DNA from: Leptospirales bacterium
GTDB taxonomy: Bacteria; Spirochaetota; Leptospiria; Turneriellales; JAOUFE01
DNA: 64,000 bases
Direction of reading: 5' to 3'
NCBI GenBank assembly: GCA_040326155.1
Contig: JBEQLE010000004.1
Span: 11,639-75,638, forward strand
In this document: piece after piece, positions 30,991-41,031 of the stretch
Layout: every line of letters starts with the position of its first letter
Position numbering within the stretch: the first letter of the stretch is position 1
The notes under the pieces: generated by a model
Database searches by the model: none
Seen by the model: the letters and a program-made list of their open reading frames with translations, nothing else
What the model was told of the DNA's origin: nothing
Translations under genes and position numbers: made by a program

Positions 30991-31018
30991 TTATCGACCT
31001 GAATACGTAAACTTCTTA
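30991..31018 (-). promoter_or_regulatory. Candidate sigma28 (FliA) promoter
   Basis: TAAG-N16-GTCGATAA upstream of the LIC11274-like gene. Confidence 0.45.
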
Positions 31019-31122
31019 AATGTATTATTAGAAAATAATGTCAACATTTTTATTATGAACAAATGACAATTAAATGGCTAAATAGCGAAGATCCGAGATA
31101 AAACATTCGATAATAAAAATAA

Positions 31123-32457
31123 ATGCTGAAAAACAGAGTCATATTACCGGAAAATCGTTACAAAGAAATATGGGATATCTATATAATATTAATTACCCTG
31201 TTTACAGCAATAGAAGTTCCGCTTCGCCTGGCCTTTTCTTACACTACCGGAACGTCAATTTTTCAGATAGAAGTATTAATCAGCATTTCATTTGCTTTTG
31301 ATATTATTATGAATTTTCATATGGCATATAAGTCGGGAACCGGGTACATTACATCGAAATCAAAAATTGCGTCGAGGTATCTGCGCGGGTGGTTTACCAT
31401 GGACCTTCTTGCGACGATTCCCTTTTTTCTATTCACCGGAGTTTTAGCAGCAGAAGGCGCTCACTCCTTACGCATATTAAGGCTTTTTCAGCTGAATCGC
31501 ATTATAAAGTTGCTGGGAATTGCTCGTTTTACAAAAAACTGGGAAAGACACCACTCACTGAATCCATCGATGTACAGGCTAATTTTCTTTATTATTTTTA
31601 TCTCATTGGCAGCTCACTGGATAGCTTGCGGCTGGATGCTTCTTGGCGGGGTTTCTGATTTTTCAGGAACTCTGTTTGAAACCTATACCTGGGCACTGTA
31701 TTGGGCCATAACTACGTTAACAACAGTGGGGTACGGGGATGTAACTCCTACCACTGTGGGGCAGCAATATTATACCATGATGGTTATGATTGCAGGGGTT
31801 GGCACGTATGGATATGTTATTGGTAACGTGGCGAGTTTTTTAGCAAACATGGATCTTGTTAAAGCAGGATACCGTAAAAAAATGGAAGAAATTACAGCTT
31901 TCTTAAATTACCGATCTGTTCCGCCGGAACTACAACAGAGGGTGCATGAATATTATGAACACCTCTGGGAAAGCCGTCTCGGTCACGACGAAGAGAGTGT
32001 ATTAAACGATATTCCGAATCCCCTGAAAACAGACTTAGCTTTATATATGCGACAAGATTTAATAAAAAAGGTTCCGTTTTTTGCCGAGGGAAGTGAGTCG
32101 CTTTTAAGAGATCTGGTTATGGCGCTACGTCCACGGGTCTATCTGCCCGGAGCGTATATTATTCGAAAAGGTGATATGGGAACATGCATGTATATTATCA
32201 GTACGGGAACGGTAGAAGTTGTTTCGGAAGATGAAAAAAAGATATATGCAACACTCAACGAGGGTACTTTTGTCGGGGAGATGGCTCTGGTTCTGGAGCA
32301 ACCTCGAACGGCTAATGTACGAACACGAGAATATTGCGATTTGTACATTCTAGAAAAAGAAGATTTTGATGATGTCCTGAAAAATCACCCCTCCTTTGCA
32401 AAATTCATACGCAAAGTAACAAATGAAAGATTAAAAGAATATAAAAAACGACATTAA
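31123..32457 (+). CDS. Cyclic nucleotide-gated potassium channel (SthK/LliK-like)
   Basis: Six TM with S4 LRILRLFQLNRIIK, TTVGYGD filter, C-linker, GEMAL...PRTANV cNMP-binding domain. Confidence 0.95.
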   Translation: MLKNRVILPENRYKEIWDIYIILITLFTAIEVPLRLAFSYTTGTSIFQIEVLISISFAFDIIMNFHMAYKSGTGYITSKSKIASRYLRGWFTMDLLATIPFFLFTGVLAAEGAHSLRILRLFQLNRIIKLLGIARFTKNWERHHSLNPSMYRLIFFIIFISLAAHWIACGWMLLGGVSDFSGTLFETYTWALYWAITTLTTVGYGDVTPTTVGQQYYTMMVMIAGVGTYGYVIGNVASFLANMDLVKAGYRKKMEEITAFLNYRSVPPELQQRVHEYYEHLWESRLGHDEESVLNDIPNPLKTDLALYMRQDLIKKVPFFAEGSESLLRDLVMALRPRVYLPGAYIIRKGDMGTCMYIISTGTVEVVSEDEKKIYATLNEGTFVGEMALVLEQPRTANVRTREYCDLYILEKEDFDDVLKNHPSFAKFIRKVTNERLKEYKKRH

Positions 32458-32554
32458 TGCGAAGTTACCGACCATACGGGCAGAGAATTCCCTATTTTCC
32501 CCGCATAATGTCCAAAACAGCTTTACATAGGGGCGGCAAGCTTCACGTAAGCAA

Positions 32555-33754
32555 ATGAACGCAGACAAGCTCGGTTATTTTGGTCATTTTGGCGGACGAT
32601 ATGTTTCGGAACTACTCATGCCAGCGCTTATTGAACTTGAAGCGGCTTATAATAAATTTCGAAAAGATAAAGACTTTCGCAAAGAATACGATTTTATACT
32701 ACGTGAATATGCAGGACGTCCCACAAACCTATACCTTGCGCCACGAATTTCTGAGAAATGGAAAGCTAAGGTTTATTTAAAAAGAGAAGACACCTTACAT
32801 ACAGGTGCTCATAAAATAAATAACACGCTCGGGCAAACTTTGTTAGCGAGTAAAATGAATAAAAAAAGAATTATCGCAGAAACAGGTGCGGGTCAACACG
32901 GAGTTGCAACGGCCACAGCGTGCAGCTTATTCAATTTACCATGCACTATATATATGGGCGAAGAAGATTTAAGACGCCAGGCCCTCAATGGATTTCGAAT
33001 TGGTCTGCTGGGCGCCGAAATTATCGGAGCCGGGGGAAAAAAGGGAACATTACGTGACGCAGTTTCTGAGGCCCTTCGCGACTGGGCAAAAAACGTAGGC
33101 GATACCCATTACGTTCTTGGTTCAGCCGTCGGCCCCCACCCCTTTCCTACTATGGTTCGAGATTTTCAATCTGTTATCGGTAAAGAAACCAGAAAACAGA
33201 TTATTACAAAGGAAGGAACACTACCACACGCTGTAATTGCCTGCGTTGGCGGGGGCTCGAATGCAATCGGAATGTTCCATGGGTTCTTAAAAGACACCAA
33301 AGTAAAACTAATCGGCGTGGAAGCAGCAGGACATGGTTTAAACAAAGGTTTACACTCAGCAAAACTCGCAAAAGGAAAGCCGGGCATATTTCAAGGCTCA
33401 CTCAGCTATGTTTTACAAAATGGAGACGGGCTGGTACAACCGGTTCACTCGGTTTCTGCGGGTCTCGATTACCCCGGCGTTGGGCCCGAACACGCCTATT
33501 TAAAAGACAGCGGACGCGCCGTATATGAGTCCATTACGGACGATGAAGCGCTCGCTGCATTTTGTGAACTTTCCGAACAAGAAGGAATAATACCAGCTCT
33601 TGAAAGTTCCCATGCCATTGCGTATGCCAAAAAGTGGATTCGTAAATCTCAAAAATCGGGACTAAAACAACCTGTTGTCATTGTAAACCTTTCGGGTCGA
33701 GGGGACAAAGACGTAGCCGAAGTTCAAAGAGTTCTGTCAGAAAAAAACAAATAG
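32555..33754 (+). CDS. trpB: Tryptophan synthase beta chain
   Basis: [60 protein letters not shown]. Confidence 0.98.
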   Translation: MNADKLGYFGHFGGRYVSELLMPALIELEAAYNKFRKDKDFRKEYDFILREYAGRPTNLYLAPRISEKWKAKVYLKREDTLHTGAHKINNTLGQTLLASKMNKKRIIAETGAGQHGVATATACSLFNLPCTIYMGEEDLRRQALNGFRIGLLGAEIIGAGGKKGTLRDAVSEALRDWAKNVGDTHYVLGSAVGPHPFPTMVRDFQSVIGKETRKQIITKEGTLPHAVIACVGGGSNAIGMFHGFLKDTKVKLIGVEAAGHGLNKGLHSAKLAKGKPGIFQGSLSYVLQNGDGLVQPVHSVSAGLDYPGVGPEHAYLKDSGRAVYESITDDEALAAFCELSEQEGIIPALESSHAIAYAKKWIRKSQKSGLKQPVVIVNLSGRGDKDVAEVQRVLSEKNK

Positions 33755-33759
33755 GCAGT

Positions 33760-34512
33760 TTGGAATTGGCCCTGCATATATATAAACTCGATTCAACAAA
33801 CCCGTTTTTAAACCTGGCTACAGAGGAGTACTTTCTAAACCAGGTTAATAAATTAGATGAGAACGCTTACCTGTTTTTCTATGAAAATTCCTCGTCCGTC
33901 ATTCTGGGAAAAACCCTGGACCTACCCAAAGAAGTCTACAGCCATAAAAAACTCCCGTTTACAATACGACGCTCCTCCGGTGGAGGCAGTGTCGCACACT
34001 TCCCGGGAAATCTCAATTACGGAATATTACTTAGCCTTGAACATTACCCCGAGCTGAACAATATCTCAAATTCATACCAGATTATACTCCAGACATTGGC
34101 CAAAGCCATCTACCCTGCCTTAGCCGTACAGGTAGCCGGTATATCCGATTTATCGATTGCCCAAAAAGGAGAGTTAAAAAAAATCTCAGGAAATGCTCAA
34201 ACACGAAAAAGAAAATGGCTTTTACACCACGGAACTCTAATATACGATACTACTCATTTGTCGCAAATATCATACTACTTAAAGCCACCGCCCAAAGAAC
34301 CCGATTACAGGCAATCTCGAAAACATAATGACTTCTTATTGAAAAAAGTTCCACAGCAAGGCAAACATAGAATTATTCGGTCCATTATAGCCGCATTTTC
34401 CCAAAAATTCGACCAAACCCCGGCATGCAAAAAACTCATTCCTGAACAAAAACAGGAAATTCGCAAATACTGTACATCCTTCATACAAGAACGTCGGTTA
34501 TCCTTGAAATAG
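33760..34512 (+). CDS. lplA: Lipoate-protein ligase family protein
   Basis: NLATEE, RRSSGGGSVAH..GNLNY, KKISGNAQ, HHGTL. Confidence 0.88.
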   Translation: MELALHIYKLDSTNPFLNLATEEYFLNQVNKLDENAYLFFYENSSSVILGKTLDLPKEVYSHKKLPFTIRRSSGGGSVAHFPGNLNYGILLSLEHYPELNNISNSYQIILQTLAKAIYPALAVQVAGISDLSIAQKGELKKISGNAQTRKRKWLLHHGTLIYDTTHLSQISYYLKPPPKEPDYRQSRKHNDFLLKKVPQQGKHRIIRSIIAAFSQKFDQTPACKKLIPEQKQEIRKYCTSFIQERRLSLK

Positions 34513-34655
34513 TCCAATTTTGAACCCGATTCAGATCAAAAATCGATTAAGGGGAAAAGCTAGTAGCCAACTCTACGCGAATTCACCCCTTTTCCCTGAC
34601 TCCGACCACCGTAAAAAACGGCGTTCTCCATCACCCAATACGAAATTTCATTGGC

Positions 34656-34824
34656 GTCGTTCAAAAACCAAGCTTTTTGGCCACAAATAACTTCAAACCA
34701 AAATCGAACGAAGCGACGAAAGTTCCCCGAAGCGAGCTGGCAAAAACCACGTTTTTTGACAGCGTAAAAACTTCAAACGAACATCGAACGAAGCGACACA
34801 AAATAACCGAAGGATTATTTTGTG
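34656..34824 (-). repeat. Structured intergenic repeat, family 2: one full copy (34824-34725) plus a tandem partial copy
   Basis: CACAAAATAA-TCCTTCGG-TTATTTTGTG...GCTTCGTTCGAT...TTTGAAGTT...AAAAAACGTGGTTTTT...CGCTTCGGGG; matches copies at 40761 and 42061. Confidence 0.85.
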
Positions 34825-34835
34825 CACTAAAATGT

Positions 34836-35177
34836 CTAGTTTCTGTAACTATACTTCAGCTGATCGGCTTTAGCAAACCACATGCCAGCCTCAACCTCGT
34901 CACCTAGAAGCTCTTCGTAATAGTATCCAATATCTTCGTATGTTTGTACATTCAGTGGATTAATTTTTAGAGCTCTTTTATAACTCAGTAGAGCATCCGT
35001 AATATCGTTCGAGTCTTTCGTACAAAGAACAATCAGGTGTCCTCGTAGTACCCACAACCGTTCTGAAGATGGGTTTTCCACAATACCTTCTTCAATCAGC
35101 TCTATGACTTCATACGGGACATCACCCTCATCAGGAAAAATCGAACGTATTTGATCTATATAATCTTCTTCACTCAT
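34836..35177 (-). CDS. Small TPR protein
   Basis: LWVLRG...DALLSYKRALKINP...YEDIGYYY TPR pattern. Confidence 0.75.
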   Translation of the reverse strand: MSEEDYIDQIRSIFPDEGDVPYEVIELIEEGIVENPSSERLWVLRGHLIVLCTKDSNDITDALLSYKRALKINPLNVQTYEDIGYYYEELLGDEVEAGMWFAKADQLKYSYRN

Positions 35178-35596
35178 ATTCTTTACAAATAAAAGCTTAT
35201 AGAAGCTTAAGCTGATCGCATACAGTCAGTGTGCTTGAAAGAAAGTGCCCCTGGAGAGTCGTCCGTGTAACCTGTTTTTTAATTTTCCGCATATCTTTAC
35301 CCCTTGTACCGAAAATAGCTACTTTTCGATGTTTTTATATTTTTTAAACAAATAAGATGCGCGTAACGAATTTTATTTATATAAAGGAGTATGACCCATT
35401 TCTTTTTACTCAGTCAACATTTTTTTTCAATATTTGACAGCATTTTCAAAAATATTAAAAACCGATACGCCCTGAAATTAGCATAAATTTGATCAATTTA
35501 ATAGACAATCTGCTCTATTTAGCTTACCATGTGAGTAAGCATTTACTTACATGGTATAGCCCTGAAAACTAAAAGCACCTAAGTACGGAGAAAAAC

Positions 35597-35779
35597 ATGT
35601 ATTACCATTATAAATTCTTTAAAAATGAAGACGACCATTGGCCCGACTTCTCCGATGAAAAACAATTGAAACCAGACCAACCCACCAACACCGAAAAAAC
35701 CAAAAGAATCGAACTTGATGTTGCCAGCGACAACCAAACATCAAACGAAGCGACTAACTCTAGTGCTGTGTCTGGATAA
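35597..35779 (+). CDS. Small ORF whose 3' end runs into a MITE copy
   Basis: GGAG RBS then ATG; last codons and stop lie in the element starting at 35760. Confidence 0.4.
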   Translation: MYYHYKFFKNEDDHWPDFSDEKQLKPDQPTNTEKTKRIELDVASDNQTSNEATNSSAVSG

Positions 35780-35872
35780 TAAGTTATTTTATTATTCAAT
35801 AAAAACCTTATCCAGAGACAGCTAAGTCATAGACTCTGAGTGCAAAAGGCACTTCGAGTGGCGTTTCCGCTT
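35760..35872 (+). mobile_element. MITE-like element (family 1), truncated copy
   Basis: Nearly identical to 21093-21205; lacks the palindrome module and right inverted repeat. Confidence 0.85.
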
Positions 35873-36323
35873 ACTCTTTTTCTGCCCAGTCTTTCATTTT
35901 TCTTTTTAGTTTTTCTTCCACTTTTTTTGCAATTTCTCGCCACTCTTCGTCATCTTCTTCTTCGGCCCACTCGTGACAATATTCCGAAAATTTTCTTTCA
36001 AACTTTTGCCACTCTCGTGTTTTTTTTCGAGACTTTACCTGTCCGCCTTTACTTGCTCCGCCCCAGATAGAAACAGCTCCCATTAAAAATCCGAAATCAT
36101 ACCATCCTCCGGTATTATTAATTTCGTAGACTCGAACCGTATCAGAAAAAATTCCAATAATCAGAGTCACAATACTAATGGCCCCGTGCCAAAGTCCTGC
36201 CCAGAACCCAGCCGGAGCCTCGGACACATATTTTGGATCGCCGGCAGCGCATCCAGAAAATACAATTAAAATAAAAAATAAGAAAAACGGCAATACCATT
36301 CTACGTTTTTTATAAAAACTCAT
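35871..36323 (-). CDS. Hypothetical membrane protein/lipoprotein
   Basis: Strong GGAG RBS; FSG-C lipobox; PAGFWAGLWHG...VYE.NNTGGWYDFGFLMG motif; charged tail. Confidence 0.8.
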   Translation of the reverse strand: MSFYKKRRMVLPFFLFFILIVFSGCAAGDPKYVSEAPAGFWAGLWHGAISIVTLIIGIFSDTVRVYEINNTGGWYDFGFLMGAVSIWGGASKGGQVKSRKKTREWQKFERKFSEYCHEWAEEEDDEEWREIAKKVEEKLKRKMKDWAEKE

Positions 36324-36499
36324 ATACTCCCCCTCCATCAGTCAAAAATAACCTGAGCTAAAAAATAGAATTATTTAAAATGCTCCAGCCAATACCAATA
36401 TACATATATTTTTTATCATGGGAATCTCTTTTTTTTATATCCCATCTTGCTTAAGACAATAACTTGACTTCAAATGTTTAAATTAATATATTTCTACTT

Positions 36500-39358
36500 A
36501 TGAGCAATAATAAAATAAAACTGGGTTTAATGCCGCCACTAACGGGACTCGTAGCTCTATACGGTGAAGAAATTGTCCGAGCGGCAAAGATAGCAGTAGA
36601 CGAAATCAATGAAAGTGGAGGCCTGTTAGGCAATGAGCTAGAGCTGATTATTGAAGATGATGGCAGTTTACCGGACACGGCAGTTCCGGCAGCTCATAAA
36701 CTTGTCGATTTGGGCTGCACTGCTATTATTGGTAATCTTTTATCTAATTCCCGAATATCGGTGGCAAATCAGGTTGCAGATAAAAGGAAAATACCATATT
36801 TAAATTTTTCTTTTTATGAAGGTAGTATATATTCACCTTATTTTTTTCATTTTGCCGCATTGCCAAACCAGCAAATAGATAAGATGATACCATATATGGC
36901 TAATAAATATGGATCGAAGTTTTTCTTTGCCGGAAGCAACTATGAATGGCCACGAGGCTCCATTGACGCCGCTAAAATGGCTCTTTCTTCTGTTGATGGT
37001 GAAGTAGTTGGCGAAGAATATTTACCAATCGGGAGCGAAAAAATGGATTCACTGCTGGATAAAGTGAAAAAATCAGGCGCCGATGTTTTTGTTCCGTATT
37101 TTGCCGGCCAAGACCAAGTCAACCTGCTAACCGGTTTCACGGAATTAGGTCTAAAAAATAGAATGGCAGTTGTTATGGGACATTATGATGAGACCATGGT
37201 CAGCAATCTTTCCGCTGAGGTCAGAGAAGGGTTTTATTCATCTAATACCTATTTCATGGATGTTGAAACGCCTGAAAACAAAGATCTGTTATCTCGTCTC
37301 AAAAATTGTCTGGGAGTAAATGAGTTATGGCCCAAAGGTAACGGAATTATTACAAATTTTGGAGAAGGTACATATATTTGTGTTAAAGCTTTTGGCGAAG
37401 CCGTTAAACTTGCTGGAAGCCTGGATGTTGATATAATTCTAAAGTCTCTGGAGAATATTCAAATTGCAGGACCCCAGGGAAAAGTTACGATGGACCCTGA
37501 AACACATCACGCAACTGTAAATTCCTATTTGTCCAAATGCAATAAAGACGGCTCTTTCAGAATTATAGAAAAATTTGGAGAGATTAAACCGATTATTCCG
37601 AAGCGCTATCATACAGAAATGATGTCCAGAAAATTACGCCATAAAGACAAAAAAAGTACGGAAGCACTTACCAGTTTAGATGAAAATAATAATAAATCCT
37701 CCATGGGTCAAATATTGGCCATTACCGATGTTTCCGTTATTGCAATTGGCAGTGATGGCAACATCATGTATGTAAACCGAAATACCTGTGAACTGTTTAA
37801 ATATAAGGCAGATGAGCTTATAGGAAAATCTGTAAATATTCTTCTACCGCCTCGCTATCGTAATTCTCACGGAAAAAGTATTATGGATTTTTTACATTCT
37901 GATGAAACCGATCAGCGCATGAGCCACAGAGGAGAGATTTCTGGTTATACTAAAAATGGCGAAGAATTTCCGGCGCAGGCCAGTCTTTCTAAAATTATTA
38001 CTAAAGAGGGAACTTTAATGGTGGCCTCTTTAAAAGATGTCAGTGAAAGAAAAAAAATGGAGGAAGAACTTACCTGGAAGGCAACGCATGATCCACTGAC
38101 GAAGCTGGCGAACCGCAATTTAATGAAAGAGCGTATAAAAAATGCGTTGGCCAGAACATTACGTTCAAATACGGAAATTGCACTTCTATTCTTAGACCTG
38201 GACAACTTTAAAAGAATCAATGATACACATGGCCAAGAAGAAGGTGACAATCTTCTTCTTGGAGTAACTGATCGACTTGTAAATGCAGTGCGACCCGGTG
38301 ATACGATTGCTCGTGTTGGAGGCGATGAGTTTGTTCTCTTATGTGAACAGATTGAACATGAAAATGAAGCTGTCGTTATAGCAAATCGCTTGGTTATAGC
38401 GCTTCGTGATAAAGTCGAAATTGCGAACACGAGTCACTACATCAGTGGCAGTATCGGATTGGCTTTTGGCAACGGTTATACTCATAGCGCAGAGGAGCTT
38501 TTGAAAAATGCGGACATTGCCATGTATGAAGCTAAAAATAAAGGGCGAGATAGTTGGAGAATATTCAGCGCCGATCTGGAAGAATCGGTGAAAATGGAGT
38601 TGGAAATAGCGAACGGACTTCACACTGCATTAGAGAATCATGAAATTAAAGCTTTTTTTCAGCCAATTTATGATATTACCGGAAATGAAATGATCGGCGC
38701 AGAACTGTTGGCGCGTTGGATAAAACAGGACAAAATGATTCCTCCGGATCTGTTTATTCCGATTGCAGAAAAAAGTGGAGTAATTAATGAATTGGGATAT
38801 TTTGTTTTTCGTGAGGGCTGTTTTGCTCAGGTCAAAACATCAAAAATGTCACCGCCTGGCAAAGAACCGTTTATTTCAATCAATGTCTCTACAAAACAAT
38901 TGGACGATCCTCATTTTATAAATAAAATCAATGGAATATTGTCTGAAACAGGCGCAAAACCTGAGCTGCTGATACTGGAAATTACGGAGTCCAGTCTAAT
39001 GTCAAATGCAGATAAAAACATACAAACTTTAGCCTGTTTAAAAGAGATTGGTCTGAGTACCGCGGTGGATGATTTTGGTACAGGTTATTCTTCTCTCAGT
39101 TATCTAAGTAAAATGCCCGTAAAAAAAATAAAAATCGATAAATCTTTTATTGATTATATCGACACGCAAAAAGATCAAAAAACAATCGTAAATGCAGTTA
39201 TAATGATGGCAAAAACAATGAATATTGAAATTGTTGCAGAAGGGGTCGAGACAAAAGAGCAATTGAATATTCTAAATGAACTTGGCTGCGATAATATACA
39301 AGGCTACCTGTTTTCAAAACCACTGCCTTCAAAAGATTTTTTCAACATGTTCAGTTAA
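36500..39358 (+). CDS. AmiC/UrtA-like ligand-binding domain fused to PAS-GGDEF-EAL
   Basis: AVDEINESGGLLG, FYEG, ALPNQQI, GSNYEWPR binding domain; PAS; HDPLTKLANR, RVGGDEF; FQPI, ELLARW, DDFGTGYSSLSYL, AEGVET, QGYLFSKP. Confidence 0.92.
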   Translation: MSNNKIKLGLMPPLTGLVALYGEEIVRAAKIAVDEINESGGLLGNELELIIEDDGSLPDTAVPAAHKLVDLGCTAIIGNLLSNSRISVANQVADKRKIPYLNFSFYEGSIYSPYFFHFAALPNQQIDKMIPYMANKYGSKFFFAGSNYEWPRGSIDAAKMALSSVDGEVVGEEYLPIGSEKMDSLLDKVKKSGADVFVPYFAGQDQVNLLTGFTELGLKNRMAVVMGHYDETMVSNLSAEVREGFYSSNTYFMDVETPENKDLLSRLKNCLGVNELWPKGNGIITNFGEGTYICVKAFGEAVKLAGSLDVDIILKSLENIQIAGPQGKVTMDPETHHATVNSYLSKCNKDGSFRIIEKFGEIKPIIPKRYHTEMMSRKLRHKDKKSTEALTSLDENNNKSSMGQILAITDVSVIAIGSDGNIMYVNRNTCELFKYKADELIGKSVNILLPPRYRNSHGKSIMDFLHSDETDQRMSHRGEISGYTKNGEEFPAQASLSKIITKEGTLMVASLKDVSERKKMEEELTWKATHDPLTKLANRNLMKERIKNALARTLRSNTEIALLFLDLDNFKRINDTHGQEEGDNLLLGVTDRLVNAVRPGDTIARVGGDEFVLLCEQIEHENEAVVIANRLVIALRDKVEIANTSHYISGSIGLAFGNGYTHSAEELLKNADIAMYEAKNKGRDSWRIFSADLEESVKMELEIANGLHTALENHEIKAFFQPIYDITGNEMIGAELLARWIKQDKMIPPDLFIPIAEKSGVINELGYFVFREGCFAQVKTSKMSPPGKEPFISINVSTKQLDDPHFINKINGILSETGAKPELLILEITESSLMSNADKNIQTLACLKEIGLSTAVDDFGTGYSSLSYLSKMPVKKIKIDKSFIDYIDTQKDQKTIVNAVIMMAKTMNIEIVAEGVETKEQLNILNELGCDNIQGYLFSKPLPSKDFFNMFS

Positions 39359-39488
39359 ATCAAACCAGATTTTAATAACAGTTATTTAAAATCACCAGTG
39401 GCAACACCTCTACGACTTCCGTCGAAAAGTAAATATTAATATTGTATATATAAAAACTTCAAACAAATTCTACAATTTCAGTTATCAA

Positions 39489-39574
39489 CGTTGGGGGTAG
39501 CAAAAACCTGGGCGGGGCTTGCCCCGCTTTGGTTGGTGCGAGGGGGAAGACTTTTCCCCTTTAAACCTTCCTTT
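39489..39574 (+). repeat. Structured intergenic repeat, family 3, copy 2
   Basis: CGTTGGGGGTAGCA...GCGGGGCTTGCCCCGC hairpin...TGCGAGGGGGAAGACTTTTCCCCT...CCTTCCTTT. Confidence 0.55.
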
Positions 39575-39646
39575 AGTCGCAACAACTCATGCGTTTTTAT
39601 AGTTTTGCACTTTTTTTCACTTTTTTGTAATATCGTAAAAAAATGC

Positions 39647-39813
39647 TAAAAGATTTCCAGGAACATACGAGAATCTACCATGCAATTGGACTTAAATAAA
39701 ACATTCGCGGCGCAACTAACGCTGTTTGGATGAAAAGCTATTATGTATAAAAAAAGGCAGGGAAGCCAAAATATGTTAAAAACAAATAAAGCGATGTTTC
39801 AAGGAGGAGACAT
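39647..39813 (+). promoter_or_regulatory. flaB leader: candidate sigma28 promoter and GGA-loop hairpins (CsrA-type sites)
   Basis: TAAA-N15-TACGAGAA; TTT-GGATG-AAA and GGC-AGGGAA-GCC mini-hairpins; CAAGGAGG RBS. Confidence 0.5.
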
Positions 39814-40662
39814 ATGATTATCAACCACAACCTCAGCGCGGTTTTCGCACACAGAACCCTTAAATTTAAAAATTGGGATATGCAAAAAAATATAGAGAAA
39901 TTGTCCAGCGGTGAAAGAATTAACCGCGGTGGCGATGACGCTTCGGGACTAGCAGTCTCAGAAAAAATGAGGACCCAGATTCGCGGTCTTCGCAGGGCAG
40001 AGCAAAATACCGAAGACGGTATGAGTTTTATCCAGACTACGGAAGGATATCTCTCACAAACATCGAATATTATCCAGAGAGTCCGTGAGCTTGCCATTCA
40101 AGCGGCCAACGGCATTTACTCTGAGGGAGACAGGCAACTTATTCAGGTAGAGGTTTCGGAACTGATCGATGAGATCGACCGAATTGCCTCGCAAGCAGAG
40201 TTCAATAAAATGACACTGATGACCGGATCGTTTGGCCGATTAAACCCGACCGCAAGTATGTGGTTCCACATGGGAGCCAACATGCACCAACGCGAGAGAG
40301 TTTATGTAGAGACAATGACAACGGCAGCGTTGAAATTGAGAAACCCGACCACAATGACTTTTATCTCTATCTCGACACCTGGCAAAGCCAATGGTGTTAT
40401 CGGTCTTGCCGATGAAGCCTTGCACATTATCGGCAAACAACGCGCCGACCTTGGGGCTTACTACAATCGCCTCGAATATGCAGCTAAAGGTTTAATGAAC
40501 GCCTATGAAAATATAACGGCGGCAGAATCTAGAATTCGCGATACAGACATGGCGGAGGAAATGGTGGATTTCACCAAGAACCAGATTCTAACCCAGGCCG
40601 GAACGGCAATGCTGGCACAGGCAAACCAGGTTCCTCAGAACATACTTCAACTATTGAGGTAA
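39814..40662 (+). CDS. flaB: Flagellar filament core protein FlaB
   Basis: [65 protein letters not shown]; 282 aa, spirochaete type. Confidence 0.98.
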   Translation: MIINHNLSAVFAHRTLKFKNWDMQKNIEKLSSGERINRGGDDASGLAVSEKMRTQIRGLRRAEQNTEDGMSFIQTTEGYLSQTSNIIQRVRELAIQAANGIYSEGDRQLIQVEVSELIDEIDRIASQAEFNKMTLMTGSFGRLNPTASMWFHMGANMHQRERVYVETMTTAALKLRNPTTMTFISISTPGKANGVIGLADEALHIIGKQRADLGAYYNRLEYAAKGLMNAYENITAAESRIRDTDMAEEMVDFTKNQILTQAGTAMLAQANQVPQNILQLLR

Positions 40663-40700
40663 GCAGGAAAAGAACACATATATATCGCCGTACAACTCTG

Positions 40701-40744
40701 AGCCTCCAGCGGTTGCCAATAACCGCTGGAGGCTTTTCTTTTTT
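40701..40744 (+). terminator. Rho-independent terminator of flaB
   Basis: AGCCTCCAGCGGTT-GCCAAT-AACCGCTGGAGGCT followed by a T tract. Confidence 0.9.
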
Positions 40745-40760
40745 AGGCCCTTTGTTTATC

Positions 40761-40955
40761 CACAAAAAAATCCTGCGGTTTTTTTGTGCTCCTTCGTTCG
40801 ATTTTATTTTAAAGTTTATTTCGAAAAAAAAGCGTGGTTTTTTTTCGACCGCTTCGGGGTATTCTTTTACAAATCCTTCCTTTATCCACAAAAAAAAATT
40901 CGCTTTTCGTCTTTAGGTCACAAAAAAATCCTCCGGTTGTTTTATATTCCTTCGC
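40761..40955 (+). repeat. Structured intergenic repeat, family 2: full copy 40761-40860 plus degenerate starts at 40887 and 40919
   Basis: CACAAAAAAA-TCCTGCGG-TTTTTTTGTG...CTTCGTTCGAT...TCGAAAAAAAA-GCGTGG-TTTTTTTTCGA-CCGCTTCGGGGT. Confidence 0.85.
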
Positions 40956-41031
40956 TCTGAGCGAGAGGTGCATATTACCAGGAGCAAAGTAAATATACTT
41001 GCTTAGTCAACTGGTCGTTTCACTCTACCAT

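Noticed and set aside
34677-34907. ORFs over repeat elements (also 35840-36070, 24784-25014, 40713-40916, 11151-11354)
   Set aside because: They read through non-coding repeats or attC-like DNA and lack RBS or protein-like composition
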